DNA of 64,000 nt from Octopus vulgaris (GCA_951406725.2 OX597827.1:58776001-58840000); one strand, 5' to 3'; shown: positions 1 through 14,413, numbered from the stretch's first letter. Notes: a model not told the origin generated them from the sequence alone. Numbers and translations: made by a program.

Positions 1-180
1 AATTATAATTATGTTTGTAATTATAAAATATTTCTATAATTTTACCTATAAAGGTTATTTTAACGTACCGATCTGTTTAGTGAAAATTATTAATTAATTG
101 ATTGATTAATTAATTAATTTAATTGATAAATTTACCCTTCTATCATTAATACGTATATGAATATGTGTACATATTAAATG

Positions 181-222
<42 letters not shown>

Positions 223-247
223 GGTGTGTGTGTGTGTGTGTGTGTAT

Positions 248-289
<42 letters not shown>

Positions 290-375
290 GTATATATATG
301 TATATATGTATATATATGTATATATATATATGTATATATATGTATATATTATGTATATGTATATGTATGTATATG

Positions 376-449
<74 letters not shown>

Positions 450-2029
450 AATAAAATAGAACATATGCATATATATAAACATATATGTACGTACCTACCT
501 CTACATGTACATATACACGCATATATGTGTACAGGACACCCAAAAGACGTCGAACACATAGAGAGACGAAAAACATAGACACAAACCAAGGAACAGGACA
601 AGCAAAAAAGAAAAAAAGGAAAAAAAGAGATACAGGACAATAAGCACAACGAAAAATCCCCTTCTTCAGTCGCTAAGGTTTCATCTACTCTACGTTTCGA
701 AGGATAAAAGTGAGACGTATACTTCGAAGAAACTTCCTTCCTGCGAAAAGCAAATCAATTAAAATTCTGAGATCTTTTCGCAGAGGGGTAAAAAATGGTA
801 AAAAAAAGCAAGACGGTAACGACAGTACAAACATATAAACAGTAAAAAAAAATTATATATAAACAGTTAAAAATAAATATATAACAGTGAGAGACAGGAC
901 AAGGAGAACAAGATAAGAAGGGCTGTTTACGCCAGACGAAAAAAGTAATGCAAACGCTGGATTATAGTGGACGACGAGAGAGAAAGAATGTCGACCAGTG
1001 GCCTTAGAAGGCGGGCGAGAAAAGACAGGATAGCAGTTACGACGGAAGTATCGTCGCAGATGGACGACGGGAATGGGGGAGGAGGAGCAAGAGGAAGAGA
1101 GAGAAGAAGGGGAATGGTGCGAGGAGACCATGAAGAATGGTGAGGGGGAGAGAGAGAATGAAGAATGAGAGAGAGAGAGGAAGAGACAAGTTAAGTGAGG
1201 GAAAAAGGACGAAAAAGGGAATGGGAGAGAAAGAAAGAAAGATGCAGAGTCGCGTGAGAGTTAATATCAAGGCTAACTTGATAAACAGAACAATCTTTAT
1301 ATATATATATATAAACACGACGGGCTTCTTTCAATTCCATTCTACCAAATCCACTCAGAAAGCTTTGTCTATTGTAGAAGATACTTGCCCAAGGTGCCAC
1401 GCAGTGGGTCTGGATCCAGAGCCATTTCCTTGGTATACATCCACTCCTGAGCCTATAGCCCACCTATATTGTTTACATCATAAAGAAGTCTTTACCTGTT
1501 GAACTCTCCAATAGAAAAAAACTGTAGAAAAGCGTATGTAAAGATCACCTCCGGTCATGAATAACCATGGAATTGCAAGTAGAAAGTTATCATCAGAAGC
1601 ACATGTCTGGGCAAGGTTGTTTAAGGAAGACCAGCAGTCGCCCATGCATATCAGCCTTCCCTCTCCATGCGACGAATCTTTTCCAAGAGAAAGGTAAAAG
1701 GTCGATACAGCTTGGCATCAGTGACGTCGCAACTAATTTCTACAGCTGAGTGAACTACATACACCTCAAGAACACAAGAACACTGAACAGTGTATATATA
1801 TATATATATATATAACGGGAAGCTTTATGAAAATAGACAAAAGACGAAGGCAGGTTTACGGAAATAAACAAAAGACGAAGGCAGGTGGAATACAAACAAA
1901 CAATTGTATTAGTATGGCGCTCAGGAATATAAATAAAACAAGTCTTTAACGTTTCGAGCCTACGCTCTTCAACAGAAAGATACACAGAGAAGAAACACAG
2001 AAAGAAGGAGGGAAAAAAATGCGTGCAGA

Positions 2030-2096
<67 letters not shown>

Positions 2097-2138
2097 ATAT
2101 ATATATACATATATATATGTATATATATGAGTATATAT

Positions 2139-2176
<38 letters not shown>

Positions 2177-2245
2177 CATACATAATACATACATACATAC
2201 ATACATACATACATACATACATACATACATACATACATACATACA

Positions 2246-2307
<62 letters not shown>

Positions 2308-2464
2308 AACAAGTACACACTCACTTATAAATACGTATGTGTGTATCTATATATGTTTATCTGGTTGCTAGAATTCCGTTCATATAAACAGAGTTTTCTC
2401 ATTTTGTTGATTTCTCTTTAACACAATACAAGTACATACATGGTGGGGGATACACATAATTATT

Positions 2465-2682
2465 TCTTTATTGCCCACAAAGGGCTAAACATAGAGGGGA
2501 CTAACAAAGAGATTAAATCGATTACATCGACCCCAGTGCGTGACTGGTACTTAATTTATCGACCCTGAAAGGATGAAAGGCAAAGTCGACCTCGGCAGAA
2601 TTTGAACTCAGAACGTAGCGGCAGACGAAATATAGGTAAGCATTTAGCCCGGCGTGCTAACGATTCTGCCAGCTCACCGCCT
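2465..2682 (-). mobile_element. Family-B SINE (other copies at about 15400-15870, 17040-17243, 58080-58265, 59410-59520)
   Basis: Reverse complement of the 36071-36299 element. Confidence 0.85.
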
Positions 2683-2829
2683 TAGTAAATATATATATAT
2701 GGGTGTGTTTATGTGTATATGCATATATGCACATTCTGCATATATGCACATTCGTTTGTGTGTCTGGGTGTGTTTGTATACGCATATCTTTGACTTCTGG
2801 CCGAAATCAGATCGCCATGTTGATTCGCT

Positions 2830-3025
2830 AGCCTCTGCACGCATTTTTTTTCTCTCCTTGTTTCTTTCTGTGTTTCTTTTCTGTGTATCTTTCTGTTGAA
2901 GAGCGTAGGCTCGAAACGTAAAAGACTTGTTTTATTTATATTCCTGAGCGCCATACTAATACAATTGTTTGTTTGTACTCCACCTGCCTTCGTCTTTTGT
3001 CTATTTTCATGAAGCTTCCCGTTAT
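2830..3025 (+). mobile_element. Short Penelope-derived terminal-repeat element with variant hammerhead (copies 1812-2030 -, 5210-5395 -, 19958-20130 -, 50035-50200 +)
   Basis: Shared CUGUUGA/CCGA.GA-A-GAGC-loop-GCUC-GAAACGU motif; copies abut (TA)n tracts. Confidence 0.6.
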
Positions 3026-3240
3026 ATATATATATATATACATGTATATAATAGACTTTCGTGTAGATTTCGATAAGCGTCCAATTGATCGAAGACTTGG
3101 GGGACCTATTCATTTAACGTTCAATGTGGTTGAGTATCCCTAAGACACGTGTGCTTGTAACGTAATTCTCAACTAGAATCGGCGTGAGATAGTGTGATGC
3201 GGACAGACTTTTGAACAGGCCATAAGCAAATAATTTGCAA

Positions 3241-3650
3241 GGCGTAGGAGTGGTAAGTAGCTTGCTTACAAACCACATAGTTCCGGGGTTCAGTCCCACT
3301 GCCTGGCACCTTGGGCAAGTATCTTCTATTTTAGCCTCGGACCGACCAAAGCCTTGTGAGTGGATTTGGTAGACGGAAACTGAAAGAAGCCCGTCGTATT
3401 TATGTATGTATATATATATGTATGAGTGTGTATATATATTTGTGTGTCTGTGTTTGCCACCCCTCCCCACAACATCGCTTGACAACCGATGTTGGCGTGT
3501 TTACGTCCCCGTAACTTAGCGGTTCGTCAAAAGAAGCCGATAGAATAAGAATTAGGCTTACAAAGAATAAGTTCTGGGTTCGATTTGCTCCACTAAAGGT
3601 GGTGCTCCAGCATGGCCGCAGTCAAATGACTGAAACACTTAAAAGAATAA
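3241..3650 (+). mobile_element. Family-A SINE
   Basis: Same head, body and tail as 42212-42663. Confidence 0.85.
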
Positions 3651-3975
3651 GGCATGAGTCTACTACAGACTATCGGCCAAGATTCAATGCTATGAAGCCC
3701 AACCAGGGACACGATGGTTGCAAAATGCATATTGTGACCACAAACACTTGTTTGCGCGCGTGTGTGGTTGTGTGTGTCTGTGTGTGTGCGCGTGTATGTG
3801 AATGTGTGTGTGTGTGTGTGTGTGTGAGTGAGTGACTATATGTGGATCGTGTACGTATGTATGTGTGTGTTTGTGTGTGTGTGTTTAGGGAAAGAGGGAG
3901 AAAAAGAGAGAGGGTGACAGCCAGCCAGACAGACAACAGGTAAATACAGAGAGAGATATAGATACATGCATATTT

Positions 3976-4037
<62 letters not shown>

Positions 4038-4151
4038 CGTGATCACCGTGACCGACCAGGCTATCAGATGTTGTTACACATCGCTGGTCACAATGCGCTT
4101 CGCATTGTTTTAGCCTTCAAATGACGCCACCCCGCTGGCTAAGCGAGCAGG

Positions 4152-4196
<45 letters not shown>

Positions 4197-4267
4197 AGTT
4201 TTCTATCAACCAAGTTAAGTATATATAAATGCAGAGGTAGAGAGAGGGAGAAAGAGGGAAGGGGGAG

Positions 4268-4306
<39 letters not shown>

Positions 4307-4777
4307 AGCAGCAGTATCCAACTCCCTCCTTCACCAAAAACCAATCACAAGAATTACCATTGATAAGGTGATAATATTGGCAGTACTCCAGCATCGCCAC
4401 AACCCTTAGGCTGAACCGCATAAAAGAATAAAAGAATATACGTGGGAGTATAAGTTACGGGGACGTAAACCCGCCAGATTCGGTTGTCAAGCGATGTTGG
4501 GAGCAGGGGCGACAAACATATACACACTTATACATATATATATACATACATATATACGACGGGCTTCTTTCAGTTTCCGTCTACCAAATCCACTCATAAG
4601 GTTTTGGTCGGCCCGAGGTTTCAAGGTATCGCGAAGCTTATTGGAGGGCCAAACATCTGAGTTCTTTTATAGGGTTCTGAAAAACTGAAGGACCGCCGCA
4701 ATAAGTTTGAGTCCGAGAAAGGAATATTTTGAATATTTTAACCATACACACACACACACATATATATACGTATATAT

Positions 4778-4809
<32 letters not shown>

Positions 4810-4949
4810 GTGTGTGTGTGTGTGTGTATGTGTGTGTGTGTATAAAATATCTATATAAATAAGGACAAGGTCGTTATTTTAAATAGCGATCAAATATAGT
4901 GACTGCACGGCAAGATTAAAAAAACCCTTATTTGTTATAACTATTTTAA

Positions 4950-5080
4950 AAATTATAAATAAGGGTATCTAAGAGATACCACCATGCTTGAAATAGCTGT
5001 CAAAACCTGACTCTAAAATCAGGTTTTGACTGCTATTTCACGCATGGTGCTATCTCTTAGTTACCCTTATTTATAATTAT
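4950..5080. repeat. Foldback palindrome family (relatives at 21805-21900 and 61405-61600)
   Basis: ATAAGGGTATCTAAGAGATACCACCATGC...AATAGC.GTCAAAA arms. Confidence 0.85.
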
Positions 5081-5169
5081 ACATACATACATACATATAT
5101 ATATACTCTTTTTACTCTTTTACTTGTTTCAGTCATTTGACTGTGGCCATGCTGGAGCACCGCCTTTAG

Positions 5170-5215
<46 letters not shown>

Positions 5216-5412
5216 ATCCAAACATGAAAACACAAAGAGAAAACACAACAACGCGAGGACGTGGAACAAATATAGTATTATCATTTTTACGTTTCGAGCG
5301 GAGCTCTTCGTCGGAAACATAGGAAAAGGAAAGATCTAGAGAAGGGAAGACGGAGGAAAAAAATCGCCAACGGTACACACGCGGTCACATTTTGAATGCA
5401 TATATATATATG

Positions 5413-5444
<32 letters not shown>

Positions 5445-5452
5445 TATAGGTC

Positions 5453-5520
<68 letters not shown>

Positions 5521-5619
5521 TTAATAAATGCCAGGAGAATAGAGATTTACACATTGAGGTTTTATTACACAGTTATTCACATCTTTCTTTGTCATAACCT
5601 GACAAAGCAAGATGGGATT

Positions 5620-6005
5620 GTGGAAGCACTCCGTCGGTTACGACGACGAGGGTTCCGGTTGATCCGAATCAACGGAACAGCCTGCTCGTGAAATTAACGT
5701 GTAAGTGGCTGAGCACTCCACAGACACGTGTACCCTTAACGTAGTTCTCGGGGATATTCAGCGTGACACACAGTGTGACAAGGCCGGCCCCTTTGAAATA
5801 CAGGTACAACAGAAACAGGAAGTAAGAGTGAGAGAAAGTTGTGGTGAAAGAGTACAGCAGGGAACACCACCATCCCTGCCGGAGCCTCGTGGAGCTTTAG
5901 GTGTTTTCGCTCAATAAACACTCACAACGCCCGGTCTGGGAATCGAAACCGCGATCCAACGACCGCGAGTCCGCTGCCCTAACCACTGGGCCATTGCGCC
6001 TCCAC
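5620..6005 (-). mobile_element. Full-length tRNA-derived SINE (family C) with 12-bp TSD
   Basis: TSD CAAGATGGGATT at 5608-5619 and 6006-6017; head GGCGCAATGGCCCAGTGG (A box) and GGTTTCGATTCCC (B box). Confidence 0.92.
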
Positions 6006-6248
6006 CAAGATGGGATTAACTGTGTAATAAAACTAGGATGTGTAAATCTCTGTCTCTGGAATATTTATTAATTATTTCTTCTCTACAGTCACTATGCAGT
6101 CTTTATGAGGACGTTTGGATTTATCAAAGTGAGGATCAACCGAGTATTGTAAATTTAACCAACTGGGTTATCCAGTTGGTTAACTGGGTTAACTGATGAG
6201 AGCAAATGCAGTACCTGCTAGGATTATATATCACTTTTAACCATTTAC

Positions 6249-6281
<33 letters not shown>

Positions 6282-6635
6282 TATCTTATATAAAATCCGT
6301 TCTGTGTGTGTGTGGCTTGTTGGATCTCGGGCATCCTCCATCCGATTGCGCTCAAATTTGACGTGTAGATACCGACGGTATCAGGGCATGTATAAGTCTT
6401 CAAAAACTTACAAAAATCAATTTCAATTGAGAATGCGATCGATAAAGCCGTGAGAAATCGTTTTTCTTTGGAATAGAAAAAAAAGTCTATCTTTATTGCT
6501 TCTTTTTGCTGGTGTCTCAAATTTAGATTAAATCAGTGTTTCTCAAAAGGGAGGTCTATGGGACGGTCGGATAAATTGTTTTGAGAAAATTTGGTTTAAA
6601 TGTTTGACGTCCATTGGACGAGGGTGCGTTTTGCT

Positions 6636-6636
<1 letters not shown>

Positions 6637-6697
<61 letters not shown>

Positions 6698-6707
6698 TGT
6701 ATGTATA

Positions 6708-6743
<36 letters not shown>

Positions 6744-7138
6744 TGTATGTATGCATGCATTTATGTATGTATGTATGTATGTATGTATGTATGTATGTAG
6801 TAATTCTTTGGCTTCGTGTGAGCTTCGAGATCCTCTGTTCCCCAAAAGAACCATTTCACGTTCTGTTCTGTCGAAAGTTTGTAAAGTTCCAGTATTTGTA
6901 TGTATGCCTGTATGTATGTATGTATGTATGTATGTATGTATGTATGTATGTATGTATGTATGTATGTATGTATGTATGTATGTATGTATGCATGCATGTA
7001 TGTGTGTGTGTATGTATGTATGTATGTATGTATGCATGCATGTATGTATGTATGTATGTATGTGTGGGTGTATGTATGTATTTATGTATGCATGTATGTA
7101 TGCATGTATGTATGTATGCATGCATGTATGTATGTATG

Positions 7139-7172
<34 letters not shown>

Positions 7173-7338
7173 TGCATGTATGTATGTATGTATGTATGTA
7201 TGTATGTATGTATGTATGTATGTATGTATGTATGTATGTGTATGCATGTATGTATGTATGTATTTATGTATGTATGTATGTATGTATGTATGTATGTATG
7301 TATGTATGTATGTATGTATATATGTATGTATGTATGTA
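6637..7338. repeat. (TA)n/(TATG)n compound microsatellite, representative of dozens in the window
   Basis: Direct reading; source of the YI/VCMY/HTYI pseudo-ORFs. Confidence 0.97.
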
Positions 7339-7378
7339 TTCAATGCTTCCAATTAATGATGCAAATATAATAGTAATT

Positions 7379-7523
7379 TCATTCAATTGAACGGAAATGC
7401 AGAGGACCAGCCATCCTGGACCTCCTGAACCGTGGAGTTCCAGGAGAGCTGGCCCTCGTGACACAACCGTAGTTAGTATATGTTGTGGAAGAGGAGACAA
7501 AGGCTGTTGTGAGGATGTGGGGA
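7379..7523 (-). other. Candidate orphan terminal exon of an unidentified gene or lncRNA
   Basis: Non-repetitive GC-richer island after a long (CT) tract ending ctaacag. One frame reads PHILTTAFVSSSTTYTNYGCVTRASSPGTPRFRRSRMAGPLHFRSIE*. No homology recognised. Confidence 0.25.
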
Positions 7524-7689
7524 CTGTTAGAGAGAAATATAGAGAGGGAGAGAGAGAAAAGTGGGAGAGAGAGAGAGTCAGATAGCCAGACAGAGACAGA
7601 GATTTACATTAAGAAGCTCAGCTGAACCTAGCTGTTGTCGGTAGTTAGCCGTTTGACATTAAATGGCATAAGGTCTTTTGAATCGCGAT

Positions 7690-7919
7690 ATAGTAATCCC
7701 TCACCATATCGCGGTTCACTCATCGCGGTTCATTATTTAAGCTTACGCCGATTCCTCCGCGGTGTTGATTTGCATTTATAATAAACTATACATATATACA
7801 AATTATGAAAATAATATTAAAAACTTTATACACTACAGTACTGTTTCTATTTCGCGGATTTTCACCTATCACGGGGGATTTTGGAACAAAACACCCGCGA
7901 TAATCGTGGGATTACTGTA
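7690..7919. mobile_element. Tigger-like MITE
   Basis: Terminal inverted repeats TAGTAATCCCTCA...ATCGCGG / CCGCGAT..CGTGGGATTACTG with flanking TA. Confidence 0.65.
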
Positions 7920-7966
7920 CATATACACACACATGCATACACGCATACCTGCATACATGCATGCAC

Positions 7967-8023
<57 letters not shown>

Positions 8024-9171
8024 CATACATACATACATACATACATACATACATACATACATACATACATACGTACGTACGTACGTACATACATACATAC
8101 ATACATAATACGTACGTACGTACATACATACATACATACATACATACATACATACATACATACATACAGTAATACATACATACATACATACGTTTATGAA
8201 TTTGTTGTGCAGGATTCCTCATGAGGAATCGTGTGTTGAAACAGATATTGTTATATTTCGGGATTATTGTTCTTATTTCATGTCCATTCTCTGGCAATCT
8301 TTTGTTATACATCTCTGACGTTTATTTAGCAAGAAAAAAAGAAAAAATTACTGTCCCGAAATATAACAACACACTCTCTCTCACACACAAACACACACAC
8401 ACACACACTGCTGTGTGGTAAGTAGCTTGCTTACGAACCACATGGTTCCGGGTTCAGTCCCACTGCGTGTCACCTTGGGCAAGTGTCTTCTACTATAGCA
8501 TCGGGCCGACCAAAGCCTTGTGAGTAGATTTGATAGACGGAAACTGAAAGAAGCCCGTCGTATATATATATATATGTGTGTGTGTATGTGTGCGTGTGTG
8601 TATGTGTGTGTGTGTGTGTGTGTGTATGTGTGTGTGTGTGTTTGTGTGTGTCTGTGTTTGTCCCCCCAACAACCCATCATTTATCGTTTATCGTTTATCT
8701 TTAAATTTGTTTCAGTCATTAGACTGCGGCCATGCTGGAGCCACCGCCTTGAATAATTTGTTTTTAGTCAAATGAATCAACACCAGTCCATTTTTTTTTC
8801 TGCTTTTTTCGATAAGCCTGGTACCTATTGTATCGATTATTTTTGTCGAACCGCTAAGTTTCGGCGGCGCAAACATACCAACACCGGTTGCCAAGAGTGG
8901 TTGGAAACAAACAAACGCACACACCGTTATTGTATGCGACTTAAAGTTTCGTAGGTTCGTCATACGAACCTAGCGTGTGTGTTTTTGAGTCTATGTTTTC
9001 TCCCCACACCGCTTGACAACCAGTGCTGGTGTATTTATATTCCCGTAACGTAGTAGTTTGGAAAAAAAGAGACCGATATACCAAGCTTTAAAAAAAGTGC
9101 TAGAGTCGATTCTTTCGACTAAAATTCTTCGAGGTGGCGCCTCAGTGTAAATGACTGAAATACATAAAGAT

Positions 9172-9210
<39 letters not shown>

Positions 9211-9366
9211 GTATACATATTCTGAATTTGTGTAAATGTGTATAGAATAATATATCAGTTGAATAAAGTTAAAATATGGTCTGGTTTTCACGTTTTTTAT
9301 TATTGTATTTAAAAAAAAATTACTCATACATACATACATACATACATACATACATACATACATACA

Positions 9367-9397
<31 letters not shown>

Positions 9398-9534
9398 GTA
9401 CATATATATATATATATATATAAGGTGGTGCTCCAGCATGGCCACAGTCAAATGACTGAAACAAGTAAAAGAATAAAAGAATATATATGTGTGTGTGTGA
9501 GTGTGTATTATATATATACACACAAACATTATAT

Positions 9535-9691
9535 AGGAGTGGGTGTGTGGTAAGTAGCTTGCTTACCAACCACATAGTTCTGGGTTCAGTTCCACTGCGT
9601 GGGGCCTTGGGCAAGTGTCTACTACTATAGCCTCGGGCCAACCAAAGCCGTGTGAGTGGATTCGGTAGACAGAAACTGAAAGAAGCCCGTC

Positions 9692-9733
<42 letters not shown>

Positions 9734-9940
9734 GTATATGTTTGTGTCTCTGTGTTTATCCCCCCCCCCCCTTCATCGCTTGACAACCGGTGTTGGTGTG
9801 TTTACGACCCCTGTAACTTAGCGGTTCGGCAAAAGAGACCGAAAGAATAAGTACTAGGCTTACAAAGAATAAGTTCTGAGGTCGATTTGTTCGACTAAAG
9901 TTGGTGCTCCAGCATGGCCACAGTCAAATGACTGAAACAA
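9535..9940 (+). mobile_element. Family-A SINE (further partial copies at 8408-9165, 9420-9480, 13460-14370, 18930-19130, 31495-31750, 51719-51875, 52590-52805, 53725-53910, 58530-58780, 62000-62245)
   Basis: Same consensus as 42212-42663. Confidence 0.85.
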
Positions 9941-9994
<54 letters not shown>

Positions 9995-10139
9995 CGTTTG
10001 TTTTACCTGCCTTCGTCTTTTGTTTATAGCTTCCCGTTATATATATATATATATATATATATTTATCCCAGGGCGAAATTGTCGGGAGATAGGCATCTTA
10101 GCCGCATAGACATACCTTCGTTTTGCTGTCTACACGTAA

Positions 10140-10980
10140 AATCCTTCCTACTATAGGCATAAGGCCTGAAATTTGGGGAAGGGTCTAGTCGATTTTATCG
10201 ACACTTGTGTTTCACTGGTACTTAATTCATTGACCCCGAAAGGATGAAATGCAAAGTCGACCTCGGTAGAATTTGAACTCAAAACGTAGCGACAGACGTG
10301 ATTCCGCTAAGCATTTCGCCCTTCATGCAACGATTCCGCCAGCTCGCCGCTTTATGCCTGCAAGTAAATTAAGATTCGATTTTTATTGTTGTTTATTATT
10401 CTTTTCTACTCTAGACACAAGGTCCGAAATTTGGTGGGAGGGAGGCAGTCGATTACATCGATCCCAGTACGCAACTGGTACTTAATTTATCGACCCCGAA
10501 AGGATGAAAGGCAAAGTCGACCTCGGTGGAATTTGAACTTATAACGTAACAACAAACGAAATACCCATTTCTTTATTACCCACAAGGGGCTAAACAGCGA
10601 GGAGACAAACAAGGACAGACAAACGGATTGGGTCGATTAGATCAACCCCAGTGTAACTGGTACTTATTTAATCGACCCCGAAAGGATGAAAGGCAAAGTC
10701 GACCTCGGCGGAATTTGAACTCAGAACGTAACGGCAGACGAAATACCTATTTCTTTACTACCCACTTGGGGCTAAACACAGAGGAGACAAACGAGGACAG
10801 ACAGACGGATTAAGTCGATTATATCAACCCCAGTAAGTAACTGGTACTTATTTAATCGACCCCGAAAAGATGAAAGACAAAGTCGGCCTCGGCGGAATTT
10901 GAACCCAGAACGTAGCGACAGACGAAATACTGCTGAGCATTTCGCCCGGCGTGCTAACGTTTCTACCAGCTCGCCTCTTT
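10140..10980 (-). mobile_element. Cluster/tandem array of four family-B SINE units
   Basis: ACCCCGAAA(G/A)GATGAAA..CAAAGTCG.CCTCGG recurs at about 10233, 10493, 10675 and 10859. Confidence 0.88.
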
Positions 10981-11129
10981 ATGTCTAGAAGTAAAATAAG
11001 ATTCGATTTTTATTGTTGTTTATTATTGCCCTGAAAGTTGTTTATTATACCTACCACGGACTGCTCGATTCTTACTAACTTCCAACGCCTAGATCCTTGG
11101 ATCTTACACCTACATGTCAATATATATAT

Positions 11130-11525
11130 ATTTTTATATATAAAAGTGAAGTTGTGTGTCTGTCTCCTACGATTTAGATTCCTAACTACTCCCACATTTT
11201 GCAGTGCAGTGTAACCAAAAGCGGGTATCTTATAGTCGTGATTCATATCGAGCCCTTCTGTGTATTAGCGCGCGTCTACGATGAGTCTACAATTAAAAAA
11301 AAAAATTACAATAATTTTTTCTCATTTTTAATGCAGTTTTTTGCTATTATATAAGGGAAGTATCTCTCTAAAAATGTATTATTAAATCTCAGAACGTAAA
11401 AAGCTACAGTAACACCCCCCTTTGTGGTTAGCCATATTGAGATGGCTATTATACTTTACATCTCTAAAAATGCTTATATACTTATTTCCCTTACAAACCC
11501 GAGCAACGCCGGGCGATACTGCTAG
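11130..11525 (+). mobile_element. Non-autonomous Helitron (same 3' end, different body)
   Basis: Ends CCCGAGCAACGCCGGGCGATACTGCTAG|T. Confidence 0.7.
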
Positions 11526-12264
11526 TATATATATATAAATGATCCTTCTCGAGCCATGCCAGACTCATAAGGGTCGGTTTCCCGGTTTCAGTGGCCTGGA
11601 CGGGACGCCGGTCCGTCGCAGGATTACTCATTTTTGCCAGCTGAGTGTACTGGAGCAACGTGAAAATGAAGCGTTTTGCTCAAGAACACAACGCATAGCC
11701 CGGTCCAAGAATCGAAACCACAACCTTGCGATCATGAGTTCAACATACTAACCACTAAACCACGCGCCTCCATAAAATGTATTCGCACAAGCATGTCATC
11801 GTCGAGCAAGGTATTTTATAGTTTGGCGCTTAGTTACAGTTTAGTTATTTTACTGCCCTGAGTTCGAATCCCGGCGTGACGATGAGCTTTCACACAGTTT
11901 CCGTCTACCATATTAACTCACAGGGCATTGTTTGGTTCAAGGTTATAGTAGAAGACACTTGCTCAACGTACCATGCTGTGTGACTGAACCCGAAACCACG
12001 GGATTATAAAACACGCATTTTGATAATTTTTTTTCTTTTTCCAGGATCTTCAGACGCGCTGTGCTATTCACAATACCTTTTATATAATGAATGAAACTAA
12101 CCCTCTTTCTCAGAAAAACAGCCCCCGCACCACACACACACACCAAAAGATTAGCCTCACCACACAACTTAACTGTCGGGTGTCACACATTCTGTACACT
12201 TAGGTATTAGAGTTGAGTAAATTAAACTTCGATACATCCAATCTCCAACATTTAACTGGTTTGA

Positions 12265-12925
12265 CTACGACCTATTCCTCTGCTCTTGTGCAAAGTGAAT
12301 GCGAGCTACTACGAAGAGGACAGAACATCGATTGGCTTCAATGCAAAGGGCCGTGGAAAGAGCCATGCTAGGAGCATCACTAAGGGAGCACATTCGAAAT
12401 GAGATAAGTTGAGGACAGCGGCGTGAATGATGTGATCGCAGCGTAATGAAAACACGAGTTCTGTTTGGACGGACATGTCACAAGGTTCACAGACAACAGG
12501 TGGGCCCGTGCAGTTGCCGAGTGATATCCAAAAGATCAGAAATTGCCTCTTGGAAGGACCCCATGACTATGAGAAGACGATTTAGTCAAGGAATTTGGTC
12601 AAGATAGGTTTCTTTATTAGCCACACAGGACTGAAGTAGAGCTTTTCTTTTTGGGGAGAAGAAAAAAAAAAGAAAAAGAAAAGGTTTTCAATCAAAAGGG
12701 ATCGTAAAAAAAAAAAGAAACGATCAATAGGGATCGTGTATCACAGAAATGTCATGATGTAAAGTGTAAAGGGGGAAACAGATAAGGTTCATCCGTGGAA
12801 AGAAAAGCTTACGGAAAAGACCACGGTAACCTCGGTCAATAATGTCACATGTTAACACAGTACATTGTGAGCAGCGGTGTGTAACAGCATCTGATTGCCT
12901 GGTTGATACTGTGATACTGCGATAG
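12265..12925 (+). mobile_element. RTE-clade LINE 3' fragment with an internal insertion at about 12600-12850
   Basis: Translates as ...QRAVERAMLGASLREHIRNE...GHVTRFTDNRWARAV..PK...PLGR...; 3' tail ends in short GATACTG(T/C) repeats. Confidence 0.75.
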
Positions 12926-13673
12926 TAATCTACGTTTTGAGTCGCTACGTTTTGAGTTCAAATTCTACCGAGGTCGACTTTGCATTTCATCCTTTCGGGG
13001 TCGATGAATTAAGTACCAGTGAAACACAAGTGTCGATAAAATCGACTAGACCCTTCCCCAAATTTCAGGCCTTATGCCTATAGTAGGAAGGATTTTACGT
13101 GTAGACAGCAAAACGAAGGTATGTCTATGCGGCTAAGATGCCTATCTCCCGACAATTTCGCCCTGGGATAAATATATATATATATATTCTTTTATTCTTT
13201 TACATGTTTCAGTCATTTGACTATGGCCATGCTGGAGCACCACCTTTAGTCGAACAAATCGACCTCAGGACTTATTCTTTGTAAGCCTAGTACTTATTCT
13301 TTCGGTCTCTTTTGCCGAACCGCTGTGTATTTGTCGATCAAAATAACACCGGCTGCCTATTTCCTTATCTCGCCATCAACAAACCATGAACGCGTATCGA
13401 TCTATATCAAAACATCCAATAATTTTTCGCGGTTGCCCTGATCGAGGACGGTCAGAATAACTCTTTTACTTGTTTCAGTCATTTGACTGTGGCCATGCTG
13501 GAGCACCGCCTTCAGTCGAGGCAAATCAACCCCAGGACTTATTCTTTGTAAGCCTAGTACTTATTCTAGCGGTCGTCTCTTTTGCCGAACCGCTAAGTTA
13601 CGGGGACGTAAACACACCAGCATCGGTTGTCAAGCGATGTTGCGGGGGAACAAACATAGACACACAAACATAT

Positions 13674-13792
<119 letters not shown>

Positions 13793-13925
13793 AAAAAAGG
13801 TTTGAAAATGCAATTTAAACGATGTTTATTTACTTAACCGGTTTCACTCTTTGGTAAAAGATTGTCAAAAGTTACATTTAAGGAAACATTGAATAATATG
13901 GGTTCAAAAAAGTTTATATATAAAA

Positions 13926-13993
<68 letters not shown>

Positions 13994-14413
13994 TACGATG
14001 GACTTCTTTCAGTTTCCGTCTACCGAATCCAGTCACAAGGCTTTGGTCGGCCCGAGGCTATAGTAGAAGATACTTGCCCAAGGTGCCACGCTGTGGGACT
14101 GAACCTGGAACATGTGATTGGTAAGCAAGCTACTTACCATACACCCACTCCTACACCTCCATAACTATTAACTTCATTCATTAGACATGTCCACAATATA
14201 GTGAGCATGGCTCAGGTGTGGAGTTGTGGTAAGAAGTTTGCTTTGCAACCACCTGGTTCCAGGTTCAGTCCCTCTGCATGGTACTTTGGCCAAGTGTCTT
14301 CTACTATAGCTTCAGGAAGACCACAGCCCTGTGAGTGGATTTGGCAGACGGAAACAGAAAGAAGCCGGACGTATATGTACATATGTGAGGGAAGAGAGAG
14401 TGAAGGCGTGTGA

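Noticed and set aside
6190-6225. CTGATGAG hammerhead core
   Set aside because: No downstream GAAA or stem III.
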